DNA of 64,000 nt from an uncultured Oscillospiraceae bacterium. Lineage in GTDB: Bacteria > Bacillota > Clostridia > Saccharofermentanales > DTU023. The notes beneath the pieces are model-generated. The model did no database searches. It saw only the letters and a program-made list of their open reading frames with translations, and was not told the origin of the DNA. A program made the position numbers and the translations under genes. Below, piece by piece: positions 53,820 through 64,000 of this stretch (position 1 is the first letter of the stretch; each line of letters starts with the position of its first letter). The stretch lies in assembly GCA_964398655.1 (NCBI GenBank), contig CAYNNG010000001.1, forward strand, positions 27,182 through 91,181, in the 5' to 3' direction.

Positions 53820-56324
53820 CTAGTCTAGGATATCCAGGTCAGCCATAGAGGCCATCATGTGCTTGGTCTTGCCCCCAAAGTCGATACTCAAGATAGCATC
53901 CGTACTGGTGGTTTCTTTTTTGATCAGGGTCCCTTCGCCAAAACGCTTGTGCCTGACCTTGGCTCCCGGCTCCAGCTGGCACAGCTTGTTTTGCGCGCTG
54001 GGGCTATTGGTGTGCAGGCCACTAGATTTTGGCTTGCTGGCAAAGGGATTCGCCTTTGTCTGGCTTTTCAGCACAGGCTTGCCGTGGGTTACCGGACCAC
54101 TCTCAGGCGCGGAGGAGTATTGGTTCTCCCAGGCGTAACTGGTCCGCCCCTTATAACCTCCTCCGTAGGCAGAGCCGCCGGACGAGGTCTGGTAGCTGAG
54201 GAACTCCCCATCTCCGTAGCGCGACCCGCCGCTTTCTTCAATTAAGTGGTCAGGAATTTCTTTGAGAAATTGAGAGGGCGGGTAATAGGCCGTTTTACCG
54301 TAGAGCAAGCGAGACTGGGCGGTAGTAATCGCTAACCGCTTACGGGCCCTGGTAATCGCCACATAAAAGAGCCTCCGCTCTTCTTCCTCATCCTCCGGGC
54401 TCAGGAGCTTGTTGACATTGGGGAAGATCCCCTGCTCTACTCCCACAATAAAGCAGGCATCGAATTCCAGGCCTTTGGCGGAGTGAATTGTCATGAGGGA
54501 AACGGTCTCCGCGGGATCCTCCTCGTCTCCGGCAGCAAACAGGGCGGCATTTTCCAGGAAGCTACGGGTCAAAACGGGCAGGCTCAAATCCTGATGAGTC
54601 AAACCACCTTGGTCATCCAGGAGGGCCTGGGTGAGTTCCCCCTCGCCGTAGCGGTCGCTAAGCTCCGCAATCACCGCTAGGTCCGCGGCCTGGCGGTTGG
54701 CAAATTCCAAGGCATCGGACCGCAGCTCCTCTAAGTTTTGCAGGCGGGATTCCGCCTCCAAGTTAAGCTTTTGCTGTTCTGCCTGCCAGAAGCCATAGAG
54801 GCCGGATTCTTCTTCCACATACTTAATAAAGTCTGGGAAACTTAGCTGGTTGGCCTGGGCAACCGCCCTCATGCGTTCAATCAAGGCGGCAAATTCCTGG
54901 AGCCGAACCGCCGCATGAGAAAGGTCAGGATACTGGTCAGCCTGAGCGGCCACCTCCAAGGGGGAAACTCCCTCTTCTGTGGCGTAGTTGAGCACCCGGT
55001 CTACCGTAACCTGGCCCAGACTGCGCTTGGGGGTATTAATCACACGCTCAAAGGCCAGGCGGTCGTCAGGACTGTCGATGAGGCGCAGGTAAGCCAGGAC
55101 ATCCCGGATTTCCTTACGGTCATAGAAGCGCAGGCCGCCGTAAATCTTGTAGGGAATGCCCTCTTCTCTCAAGGCAAATTCCAGGTTACGGCTGAGGGCG
55201 TTGAGCCGGTACAGGATGCCAATTTGCGCGGGCGAAATAGGATCTTCCGCTCTTTGGCCGAGGCGCTTAATTTCCTGGGCAATCCAGCGGGCCTCTGTAT
55301 AGTGGTCGGCTGCCCGGTAAAATTGGATCGCTTCCCCACCCCGGCTGGAGGTCCAAAGTTTTTTCTCGACCCGCTTTTCATTGTTGGCAATGACCGCATT
55401 GGCCGCCTGTAGGATGATGGGCGTAGACCGGTAGTTCTGCTCCAGCTTGACAATGTGGGCCTGAGGAAAGTCTTTTTCAAAATTCAGGATATTTTCGTGC
55501 TGGGCTCCCCGGAAGGAATATATGGACTGGTCATCGTCCCCCACCACACAGAGGTTGCCGTGGGCCGAAGCCAAGAGACGCAGGACCTCGTATTGGACCT
55601 TGTTGGTATCCTGGTACTCGTCTACCAGGATATGGCGGAAACGCCCAGAGTAAGCCGCTAGCACCTCCGGGTTCTGGCGGAAAAGCTGGACCGCATAGAG
55701 GAGGATATCGTCAAAGTCCATGGAGTTTTGGTCCTTGAGGGCCTTTTGATAGGCCTGGTAAACCCGGGCAATGTCCTGGTAATAGGCCTGATGCTGGCGG
55801 AAGCCCTTGGCTTCTTGCGCTTCATAGTCCTGGGGTCCGAGCATGTGGTTTTTGGCATGGGAAATCTGCCGGTGGGCATCCGCGGGCGCAAGGTAGTGTT
55901 CGTCTATGCGCAGGTCCTTGAGCACCTGCTTGAGCAGGGTCTTCTGCTCGTCCGTATCCAGAATGGTAAAGCTATTGGTAAAGCCTAAAAGCTCAGCGTT
56001 AGGCCTCAGGATGCGCAAGAGCAGGGAGTGGAAGGTGCCTACCCACATGTGCCTGGCCACGGGGCCAAGCAGGCCTACCAGGCGTTCTTTCATTTCATTG
56101 GCCGCCTTGTTGGTAAAGGTCAGGGCCAAGATTTCTGCGGGATGCAAGCCTTGCGCCACCAGCCAGGCGATCCTCCGGGTGATGACCCGGGTTTTGCCTG
56201 AACCGGCCCCCGCGAAAACTAAGAGCGGGCCGCTGCCATAGGAGACAGCTTCTCTTTGCGGAGGATTGAGGTCTTGGAGAATTTGCTGGTTGAGGTCGGG
56301 AGAAGACTGGGGATTTAAAGACAT
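53820..56324 (-). CDS. pcrA: ATP-dependent DNA helicase PcrA/UvrD
   Basis: LNPPQREAV..FAGAGSGKT (motif I), VDEYQDTN (II), VGDDDQSIYSFRGA (III), TIHSAKGLEF, VAITRARKRL. C-terminal Tudor-like FGEGTLIKKE. Confidence 0.95.
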   Translation of the reverse strand: MSLNPQSSPDLNQQILQDLNPPQREAVSYGSGPLLVFAGAGSGKTRVITRRIAWLVAQGLHPAEILALTFTNKAANEMKERLVGLLGPVARHMWVGTFHSLLLRILRPNAELLGFTNSFTILDTDEQKTLLKQVLKDLRIDEHYLAPADAHRQISHAKNHMLGPQDYEAQEAKGFRQHQAYYQDIARVYQAYQKALKDQNSMDFDDILLYAVQLFRQNPEVLAAYSGRFRHILVDEYQDTNKVQYEVLRLLASAHGNLCVVGDDDQSIYSFRGAQHENILNFEKDFPQAHIVKLEQNYRSTPIILQAANAVIANNEKRVEKKLWTSSRGGEAIQFYRAADHYTEARWIAQEIKRLGQRAEDPISPAQIGILYRLNALSRNLEFALREEGIPYKIYGGLRFYDRKEIRDVLAYLRLIDSPDDRLAFERVINTPKRSLGQVTVDRVLNYATEEGVSPLEVAAQADQYPDLSHAAVRLQEFAALIERMRAVAQANQLSFPDFIKYVEEESGLYGFWQAEQQKLNLEAESRLQNLEELRSDALEFANRQAADLAVIAELSDRYGEGELTQALLDDQGGLTHQDLSLPVLTRSFLENAALFAAGDEEDPAETVSLMTIHSAKGLEFDACFIVGVEQGIFPNVNKLLSPEDEEEERRLFYVAITRARKRLAITTAQSRLLYGKTAYYPPSQFLKEIPDHLIEESGGSRYGDGEFLSYQTSSGGSAYGGGYKGRTSYAWENQYSSAPESGPVTHGKPVLKSQTKANPFASKPKSSGLHTNSPSAQNKLCQLEPGAKVRHKRFGEGTLIKKETTSTDAILSIDFGGKTKHMMASMADLDILD

Positions 56325-56489
56325 GAAGATTCCTTACTGTAGACGGGGCTGCAGACGGGAGTGCAGACAAGCGGGCAGCTCAGGGTGCTGGTTGATTAGG
56401 GCTTAATTGAAAGTATAGAGGAAATATGGCTGAGGACAAGAGGAGGGGCCCTAAGCCCCTCCCTTAAATGCTAAATTGTGGTCGAGAGT

Positions 56490-57032
56490 TTAGTATTCCG
56501 GTTCCAGAATACCATAGTCGCCGTCATGACGCTTATAGAGCACACAAACCTTGCCGGTTTCCGGGCTCAGATAGAGGAAGAAATCGTGGTCGATCAATTC
56601 CATCTGGAGAGCTGCTTCTTCGGAATCCATAGCGTCGATCACGAAGCGTTTGCGCCGGGTAATCTCGGGGCTGGCTTCCTGGATTTCCTCTTCGGTCAGG
56701 GCCGGGAGCTGGTCCAGATAGTCATCCATGTAAGACAGGTCGTGTTTACGCTTTTTCAGCTTGCTCTTGTGCTTGCGGATTTGGCGTTCCATGTTGTCAA
56801 TGGCAGCGTCCAGGGCAACTTTAGCTTCCGGAGCTGTGGCTTCAACCCGGTAGATGTCTCTGCGGATCTTCAAGGTAATTTCTACTTTGACATCCTTCTG
56901 CTCGGGTTGGACTTTGACCGTGGTTACGGCCTCGTCACCAAAGAAACGATGGAATTTACTTAGTTGGGATTCAACTTCTTCGCGCAATCTGTCGCTAACC
57001 GACATGTTTACGCCAGTGATTTCAATTTTCAT
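56490..57032 (-). CDS. hpf: Ribosome hibernation promoting factor (long form)
   Basis: MKIEITGVNMSVSDRLREEVESQLSKFHRFF..plus the C-terminal dimerisation domain (FFLYLSPETGKVCVLYKRHDGDYGILEPEY). Confidence 0.93.
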   Translation of the reverse strand: MKIEITGVNMSVSDRLREEVESQLSKFHRFFGDEAVTTVKVQPEQKDVKVEITLKIRRDIYRVEATAPEAKVALDAAIDNMERQIRKHKSKLKKRKHDLSYMDDYLDQLPALTEEEIQEASPEITRRKRFVIDAMDSEEAALQMELIDHDFFLYLSPETGKVCVLYKRHDGDYGILEPEY

Positions 57033-57066
57033 ATGCGAATCCTTTCTCTCTTCTACTGGTAATTAC

Positions 57067-57101
57067 AGTTTGGGCTTAGGCACCTGGCCTAAGCCCAAAC
57101 T
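57067..57101 (-). other. Perfect 15-bp hairpin between gap and hpf
   Basis: AGTTTGGGCTTAGGC (57067-81) pairs with GCCTAAGCCCAAACT (57087-101) around a 5-nt loop. There is no U-tract on either strand. It sits 35 nt upstream of the hpf ATG. Confidence 0.8.
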
Positions 57102-57115
57102 AAGTTACTACTTAT

Positions 57116-57144
57116 ATTATAGAACTAGGGCAAAGCCAGGTAAA
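57116..57144 (-). promoter_or_regulatory. Candidate sigma-A promoter for hpf
   Basis: Minus strand: TTTACC (57144-39), a 17-nt spacer, then TATAAT (57121-16). This would place the 15-bp hairpin in the hpf 5' UTR. Confidence 0.4.
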
Positions 57145-57192
57145 GCCAAGTCGAAACTTAGCGCCAGCCAGGCTTGCCTGCGGCCGCTTTAA

Positions 57193-58314
<1,122 letters not shown>

Positions 58315-58316
58315 TT

Positions 58317-58339
58317 ATTGAATAACTATTGTATTCAAT
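58317..58339. promoter_or_regulatory. Inverted repeat upstream of gap (candidate operator)
   Basis: ATTGAATA-actattg-TATTCAAT, a perfect 8-bp inverted repeat, 45-65 nt upstream of the gap ATG. Confidence 0.35.
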
Positions 58340-58496
58340 TGATCATTTTACATGCCTGCCGCTCCATTAGCAAGCCAAAAGGCTCGCATGTAACATGCCG
58401 TGAGCAGGGGCTGGAAAGGCAAACGCCGCAGCCTGGTCCCCAGACCTGGCCGCGGCGTTTAAGGGCATTAATTCTCAGAAGAGCTAGCTGCTAGCT

Positions 58497-59954
58497 TTAG
58501 CCCTCGAATTTCAGGACCAAGTCCTTGGCCGCCTTGACTTCGTCCGGACGGCGGACCGGGGTATGGTGCGGAGCCGCATGGATCACGTCAGGATTGTTCT
58601 CCACTTCCTTCGCGATCTCCTGCATGGTGTGGACCATCTTTTCCAAGCCTTCTTCCGTCTCAGTGTCTGTAGGCTCAAACATCATGGCCTCATGAACAAT
58701 GAGGGGGAAGTAAACTGTGGGCGGATGGATACCATAGTCAATCATGCGCTTGGCCATATCCATGGTGGTGCAGCCCTTTTTGGCCTGCAGGTCACCAGAG
58801 AGTACGAACTCATGCATGACTACAGACTGGTCATTGGAATTGGCGTAGAGGTCCTTCAGCTTGCGGTAGACATAGTTGGCGTTAGCCACAGCTGCTTCGG
58901 CCGAGTCCTTGAGCCCTTCGTAGCCATTGGCCAGGATGTAGGCCAGGGCGCGCAGGAGGACAGCGGTGGAGCCGTTAAAGGAACGCAGGCGGCCAAAGCT
59001 CTCGGGACGGTCATAGTCCCAGAAGTACTTGTCGCCTTCTTTGGTCAGGACAGGTTTGGGCAGGTAGGGCTTCAGGAATTCCTTGCAGCCCACCGGGCCG
59101 GCGCCGGGTCCGCCGCCGCCGTGGGGGGTGGACAGGGTCTTGTGTACGTTCAAGTGGACGCAGTCAAATCCCATGTCACCAGGACGCACCTGCATCATGA
59201 TGGGGTTGAGGTTAGCGCCGTCGTAGTACATGAGGCCGCCACAGTCGTGAACGGCTGTGGTGATTTCCTTAACCTGAGTTTCAAAGAGGCCCAGGGTGTT
59301 GGGGTTGGTCAGCATCATGCCCGCTACAGTTTCGTCGCACTTAGACTTAAGGTCTTCGACATCGACTTCCCCGTTAGGCAGGGATTTGACTTCCCGAATC
59401 TTGTAGCCCGCCATAGCGGCAGTCGCAGGGTTGGTCCCGTGGGCAGAGTCAGGCACCAGGATGTACTTGCGGGCCTGGTCATTTCTGGCCTCGTGGTAGG
59501 CCTTGATCAGCATAACCCCAGTGTATTCGCCGTGGGCGCCTGCCGCGGGCTGCAGGGTATAGCCATCCATGCCCGTCAGGTCACACAGGAGTTCTTCTAA
59601 GTAGTAGAGGGCTTTCAAAGTACCCTGAACGGTTTCGTCGGGCTGCAGGGGGTGGACATTGGCAAAGCCCGGCATAGCTACGACATCTTCATTAATCTTG
59701 GGGTTATATTTCATGGTGCAGGAGCCCAAGGGATAGGGACCGTTTTCTACACCGTAGTTTTTATTTGAGAGGTTGGTATAGTGCCGGACGACTTGGATCT
59801 CAGCCAGGTTGGGCAGGTCCAGGCTGTCGCGCAGCTTGCCCTCGCCGAACCAGTCTTTAAGGTCGGAGGTCAGGCGCTCGCCTTCAGGAATGTAGGCCCT
59901 TCTGCCTCCCGTTTGAGGCAATTCAAACACTAATTTGCGATCATTGATTAACAT
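58497..59954 (-). CDS. gcvPB: Glycine dehydrogenase (decarboxylating) subunit 2
   Basis: LGSCTMKYNPK..PDSAHGTNPA..NVHKTLSTPHGGGGPG (PLP-Lys region). Confidence 0.95.
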   Translation of the reverse strand: MLINDRKLVFELPQTGGRRAYIPEGERLTSDLKDWFGEGKLRDSLDLPNLAEIQVVRHYTNLSNKNYGVENGPYPLGSCTMKYNPKINEDVVAMPGFANVHPLQPDETVQGTLKALYYLEELLCDLTGMDGYTLQPAAGAHGEYTGVMLIKAYHEARNDQARKYILVPDSAHGTNPATAAMAGYKIREVKSLPNGEVDVEDLKSKCDETVAGMMLTNPNTLGLFETQVKEITTAVHDCGGLMYYDGANLNPIMMQVRPGDMGFDCVHLNVHKTLSTPHGGGGPGAGPVGCKEFLKPYLPKPVLTKEGDKYFWDYDRPESFGRLRSFNGSTAVLLRALAYILANGYEGLKDSAEAAVANANYVYRKLKDLYANSNDQSVVMHEFVLSGDLQAKKGCTTMDMAKRMIDYGIHPPTVYFPLIVHEAMMFEPTDTETEEGLEKMVHTMQEIAKEVENNPDVIHAAPHHTPVRRPDEVKAAKDLVLKFEG

Positions 59955-59956
59955 GC

Positions 59957-61303
59957 TTAGGCCTCCTTCCTGGCAAGTTTTTCTACCACAGCCACAAAGT
60001 GGTCCATCTTAGCCTGGCTCTTCTTCTCAGTTGCGGCTAAGAGCCAGACATTATCTTCCAGCACGACACCGCCCAGAATGCACTCGTCTAAAAGGGCCTT
60101 GTTGAGGGCTTCGAGGTCGATAGAGTCATCGGCCTTGACTGCGAATTCGCGGAAGAAGGGCTGGTCATAGAGGCTGGTAAAGAGGCCGGTAGCCACCAGC
60201 TTGTCATGCAGGTAACGGGCCTTGTCCGCAGATTGGGCCGCCACCTCTTGCAGGCCTTCCTGCCCCATAAGGGACATATAAATGGTGGCCTGAGTGGCCA
60301 GGAGGGCTTGCGAGGTACAAATGTTAGAAGTAGCACGTTCCCGGCGGATATGCTGCTCACGGGCCTGCAAGGTTAAGACGTAGGCCTTGTTGCCGTCCGC
60401 GTCTACTGTCTCGCCGCAGATCCGGCCAGGCATTTTACGGACCAGAGCATTGGTGCAGGTCATATAACCCAGGGAGGGACCGCCATAGTTGAGGCCGGCG
60501 CCCAAGGGCTGAGCTTCGCCGACCACGATATCGCAGCCGGACTCGCCGGGGCTCTTCAAGAGGGCCAGGGCCAGAGGGTCGCAGACCGCGATGGCCAGGG
60601 CACCTTGGCTGTGGGCAGATGCTACCAGCTGGTCCAGGTCTTCTACGATGCCGTAGAAGTTAGGGCTCTGGACGATAAAGGCGGCATAATCTTTGCCTTC
60701 AGGGAAGGAGTTGTGGGACTGGCCATGTTCATCCAGGTCACCGATTTCATACTCCAGACCTTGGGCGCTAAGGTAAGTGGCCACAGTCTCTAAGTACTGG
60801 GGGTTGAGGCCCGCAGACAGCCAGATCTTTTGCGCCTTACGCTTATCCCGGAAGGCCATGAGGGCAGCTTCTGCTGTGGCGGTAGCACCGTCGTACATGG
60901 AGGAGTTAGAAACGTCCATGCCAGTCAGGCGGCAAATATAGGTCTGCCACTCAAAGGTTGCCTGCAGGGTTCCTTGGGAGATTTCCTGCTGGTAGGGGGT
61001 GTAGGAAGTCAGGAATTCTTGACGGCTGATTAAGTGGTGGACAGCCGCGGGAACATAGTGGTCATAATAGCCGCCGCCTAGGTAAGAATCGTAGTGTTCT
61101 ACGGTCTTATTCAGGGCTGCTGCTTCAGCAAAATAGTTGCGGAGAGACATTTCATCAAGGGGCTTATCCGCCATAACCTTGATCTGCTCTCTTTTAACTT
61201 TGAGTTCTTCCGGAATGTGAGCATACAGCTGGTCTAAGGTGAGACCCACCTCAGCCAGCATTTCTGCTCTCTTGTCCCGGTTAATTGGAACGTAGTTAGC
61301 CAT
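59957..61303 (-). CDS. gcvPA: Glycine dehydrogenase (decarboxylating) subunit 1
   Basis: YLGGGYYDHYVPAAV..SYTPYQQEISQGTLQATFEWQT..REQHIRRERATSNICT. Confidence 0.95.
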   Translation of the reverse strand: MANYVPINRDKRAEMLAEVGLTLDQLYAHIPEELKVKREQIKVMADKPLDEMSLRNYFAEAAALNKTVEHYDSYLGGGYYDHYVPAAVHHLISRQEFLTSYTPYQQEISQGTLQATFEWQTYICRLTGMDVSNSSMYDGATATAEAALMAFRDKRKAQKIWLSAGLNPQYLETVATYLSAQGLEYEIGDLDEHGQSHNSFPEGKDYAAFIVQSPNFYGIVEDLDQLVASAHSQGALAIAVCDPLALALLKSPGESGCDIVVGEAQPLGAGLNYGGPSLGYMTCTNALVRKMPGRICGETVDADGNKAYVLTLQAREQHIRRERATSNICTSQALLATQATIYMSLMGQEGLQEVAAQSADKARYLHDKLVATGLFTSLYDQPFFREFAVKADDSIDLEALNKALLDECILGGVVLEDNVWLLAATEKKSQAKMDHFVAVVEKLARKEA

Positions 61304-61695
61304 TATGCCTCCTCTAGCATTTTTTCGTAGGCAGCAGCATCCATAAGCTCATTCAGCTCAGCGGGATCGGAGAGTTGAAGTTTGACCAGCCAGGTTTCGT
61401 AAGGAGCATTGCTGATGCTCTCTGGTTCGTCTTCAATGTCTTCGTTGCCTTCTACAATCGTGCCAGAGCAAGGAGCGTAAATATCGGCAGCCATCTTGAC
61501 AGATTCCAAGGAGGCTACAACATCGCCCTTCTCAACTTCTGTATCTTCGGGTTCAGCCTCGGCGTAAACCAGTTCACCCAGTTCGCCAGCGGCATAAGCG
61601 GTGATGCCTACTTCTACCAGGTCATCTTCCAGCTTGCGTACCCATTCATGGTCCTCGGTATAGAGGAGGTCTTGTCTTACTTCTGCGTTTGCCAT
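61303..61695 (-). CDS. gcvH: Glycine cleavage system H protein
   Basis: LLYTEDHEWV..VASLESVKMAADIYAPCSG (lipoyl-Lys motif). Confidence 0.95.
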   Translation of the reverse strand: MANAEVRQDLLYTEDHEWVRKLEDDLVEVGITAYAAGELGELVYAEAEPEDTEVEKGDVVASLESVKMAADIYAPCSGTIVEGNEDIEDEPESISNAPYETWLVKLQLSDPAELNELMDAAAYEKMLEEA

Positions 61696-61775
61696 AGTGT
61701 GATCCTTTCTCTGCTGAGGGTTCTGCCCTCACTGTTTGTTTAGGGAGTTATGACCTAAGGCCCGAGGGCCGAGGT

Positions 61776-62882
61776 TTACTTATAAAAAGGGGTATGAGTT
61801 TTCTTAAAGGGACGGTCTTTGCGGTGAATCTCTACGGTAAAATCTTCTGCGTCCTCCGGGAAATCCAGGTCCACATAGGCGTAGGCGATACCCTTTTCCA
61901 CAGTGGGAGAGTAAACGCCGGAGCTAATGTAGCCAACTTCTTCGCCTTCATATTTTACGGTGTAGCCTTCGCGGGGGATAGCCTTCTTTTCAGAAACCAG
62001 AGGAATAAGCTTTTTAGTCGCAACTATTTTGCCAGCAATGAAGGGCTCGTGGTCTTTCACGACAAAGCCCAGGCCTGCGTCTAAAGCATTCAGGGCATGG
62101 CTAATCTCGTGGCCATAAAGGGGCATGCCAGCTTCCAGGCGCAGGCAGTCACGTGCACCCAGGCCCGCAGGAGCGGCGCCTAAAGCGGTGAGCTCGTCCC
62201 AAATGGCCGGGATTTCTTCCTGGGGAGCATAAATCTCAAAACCATCTTCGCCCGTGTAACCCGTACGGGAAATCACCAGGGAAAGGCCCTTGTCCAAGAC
62301 CCGACGGAAGGTACGGTAGTTTTTGAGGCCCAGAACTTCGTCAATGACGGCCTGGTCTTCTTTCCGGCCTTGCAGGAATTTTTTCATGATCTCCGGAGAT
62401 TGGGGACCCTGCACAGCTACCTGGCCATAGAACTCAGATTCATCAACAATTTCTAAGTCCTGACCCTGGTCGGGGAAGAGCTTGAAGAATTCTTCCTTCT
62501 GCTCTAGGAGGTAAGCATAGTCCTTGTCCTTATTGGCGGCATTAACTACCAGCCAGAAGTCATGGGCTTCGGCAAAGCGGTAGACCAAGAAGTCATCCAC
62601 GGCACCTCCGTTGGGATAGCACATTACGACATAGGAAACCAGGGCTTGGCTTTTACCGTCGATGGGGCGGGAGAGCAGCCAGTTGAGGAAGGCCTCCGCC
62701 GCCTCGCCCTTTACCCGGATTTCACCCATATGGGAAACATCAAAAATACCGCAAGCCTTGCGTACGGCCAGAGTTTCCGCGGAAATCCCGCTGGGATATT
62801 CAATGGGCATTTCATAGCCCGCAAACTCGGCCATCTTGGCCTCTAGGGCGATATGTTTCTCGTATAAAGGTGTACGTTTCAT
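61776..62882 (-). CDS. gcvT: Glycine cleavage system aminomethyltransferase T
   Basis: MKRTPLYEKHIALEAKMAEFAGYEMPIEY..VSHMGEIRVKG..SRTGYTGEDGFEI. Confidence 0.95.
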   Translation of the reverse strand: MKRTPLYEKHIALEAKMAEFAGYEMPIEYPSGISAETLAVRKACGIFDVSHMGEIRVKGEAAEAFLNWLLSRPIDGKSQALVSYVVMCYPNGGAVDDFLVYRFAEAHDFWLVVNAANKDKDYAYLLEQKEEFFKLFPDQGQDLEIVDESEFYGQVAVQGPQSPEIMKKFLQGRKEDQAVIDEVLGLKNYRTFRRVLDKGLSLVISRTGYTGEDGFEIYAPQEEIPAIWDELTALGAAPAGLGARDCLRLEAGMPLYGHEISHALNALDAGLGFVVKDHEPFIAGKIVATKKLIPLVSEKKAIPREGYTVKYEGEEVGYISSGVYSPTVEKGIAYAYVDLDFPEDAEDFTVEIHRKDRPFKKTHTPFYK

Positions 62883-62952
62883 AATTACCTCCTGTTACAT
62901 ATATAGGGAATCCAAACTATCTTAACATGTAAAATCTTTATCATCTAGTAAG

Positions 62953-64000
62953 TTAGGCTTCTACTTTTCTATAAATTAGGGTCCACCAATCGTGTTTCAG
63001 CCGGGCCTCTTCCAAGATTAATTCCGTCTCCGCTAAAGCCTGTCTGACCTTAGCAAACTGTTCGTCAATAATACCGGAGAAGATTAAATAACCTCCGGGG
63101 GCCAGGTAGCGGGGATAGTCTGGGGCCAGGCTGATGTGCAGCTTGGCGATGAGATTAGCCACCAAAATGTCGTAGAGTCCTTCCACATCTTTGAGTTCGC
63201 CCGCGGCCGTCTGGATCTGGTCCGCTACCTGGTTGTCTTGGAAATTTTCCCGGGCCACCTGTACGGCGTCCGGATCAATATCTATGGCCTCAATCTGACC
63301 GGCTCCCAGCTTGGCCAGGGCAATAGCCAAGATTCCCGAGCCTGTGCCCAAATCCAGGGCCCGGGCCTGGGCAAAAAAGTCAGGCTGGTCATAGGCCAGG
63401 TCATCCAAGGCTTTCAGGCAAAGCTCGGTCGTTTCATGGTAGCCGGTGCCGAAGGCCCGGCCGGGATCAATCTTCAGGATCATTTCCTCAGGACTCGCCT
63501 CATAGGACAGCCAGCTGGGGCAGACGGTCAAGCGCCGGCTCAGCCTCAGGGGCTGGTAAAATTCCTGCCACTTATGGTCCCAATCCTCATCCTCAATGAT
63601 TTCCGCCCCTTCAAAGCTGCAGCTGCCGCCCAGGTTATCCTGAAAAATCTGGACCTTGTCCCGCAGGAGGGCCAGCAGGTCTTTGAGGCTCAGAGGCTGA
63701 GTATGTTCGGGCTCGTAGAGTTCCGCCTGGTAGTCCCGGTCCAGATCGACCAAGACTTCCTTGTCCTCTGCCACTTGGTCCCAGGGCTCTGCTGGCTTAA
63801 AGTAGGCCTCTACCCTGGCTTCTGCGGGCAGCGAGGCCAGGTATTCGTCCATGGCGTAGTTGAGGGCGGGACGGCCGTCATAAAGGCCAGCTAATTCTTC
63901 CCGGTCTACGGTCGTGACACCCTCGGCCCCTAGGGCAGAGAGGGTATAGGCAAAGAGCTCAGCCAGGCTGTGGGAAACTTGGAATTTCAATTTAATGCTT
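62953..64000 (-). CDS. prmA: Ribosomal protein L11 methyltransferase (N-terminus probably a few codons beyond the window end)
   Basis: EDWDHKWQEFYQPLRLSRRLTVCPSW..DLGTGSGILAIALAKLGA..ANLIA. The track start at 63990 is a TTG, and the frame stays open to 64000. Confidence 0.88.
   Translation of the reverse strand, partial: SIKLKFQVSHSLAELFAYTLSALGAEGVTTVDREELAGLYDGRPALNYAMDEYLASLPAEARVEAYFKPAEPWDQVAEDKEVLVDLDRDYQAELYEPEHTQPLSLKDLLALLRDKVQIFQDNLGGSCSFEGAEIIEDEDWDHKWQEFYQPLRLSRRLTVCPSWLSYEASPEEMILKIDPGRAFGTGYHETTELCLKALDDLAYDQPDFFAQARALDLGTGSGILAIALAKLGAGQIEAIDIDPDAVQVARENFQDNQVADQIQTAAGELKDVEGLYDILVANLIAKLHISLAPDYPRYLAPGGYLIFSGIIDEQFAKVRQALAETELILEEARLKHDWWTLIYRKVEA

Noticed and set aside
62883-62952. 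Glycine riboswitch upstream of gcvT
   Set aside because: Only 70 nt separate the prmA stop from the gcvT start. That is too short for even a single aptamer, and no conserved glycine-aptamer core was seen.

Overview
This is a core chromosomal segment of a Bacillota (Clostridia-like) genome; the phylum call rests on gene order and is an inference. About 60 protein genes are present and almost all lie on the minus strand. The plus-strand exceptions are a DUF4015-like hydrolase, glgB, vanZ and a MATE pump.

Gene blocks, left to right:
- sbcC (partial)-sbcD, yebC, yigZ, serS
- rpmG-secE-nusG-rplK-rplA-rplJ-rplL
- glgB
- a cobalamin nucleotide-loop operon (sirC-like, cobT, cobU, small Cys protein, cobS, mini-cobU, cbiB)
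- glpQ, uppP, vanZ, MATE, ppdK
- yicC-remA-gmk-rpoZ-glyQS
- rplM-rpsI-tsaE-tsaB/rimI-crh-uvrC
- folC, a TPR protein, a ThrC-like protein, a DD-carboxypeptidase
- a dockerin-autolysin/cohesin/gtrA operon
- pcrA-dgt-yfbR, gap, hpf, gcvT-H-PA-PB, prmA (partial)

I saw no rRNA, tRNA, CRISPR array, transposase, integrase or recognisable defence island. One gene missing from the ORF track (rpmG) and one edge-truncated gene (sbcC) were recovered by hand translation.

There is no obvious self-contained new multi-gene system. The candidates for novelty are smaller:
1. A self-contained cohesin-dockerin module that appears to tether a GH73 peptidoglycan hydrolase to a membrane anchor.
2. Unusual fusions: UvrC plus metallophosphoesterase, GNAT plus M20 amidohydrolase, P-loop plus Asp23, TsaB plus RimI.
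3. A threonine-synthase-like protein with degenerate catalytic motifs, coupled to a DD-carboxypeptidase.
4. A CobU / mini-CobU pair and a CDCPAC protein inside the cob operon.
5. Two long non-coding gaps carrying structured repeats: a 64-nt-period hairpin tandem array, and a 129-nt nested perfect-arm palindrome with repeated T-rich motifs.
6. Pervasive acidic Ala/Glu/Pro tails and insertions on core proteins.

All domain calls come from motif reading by eye. No searches were run.
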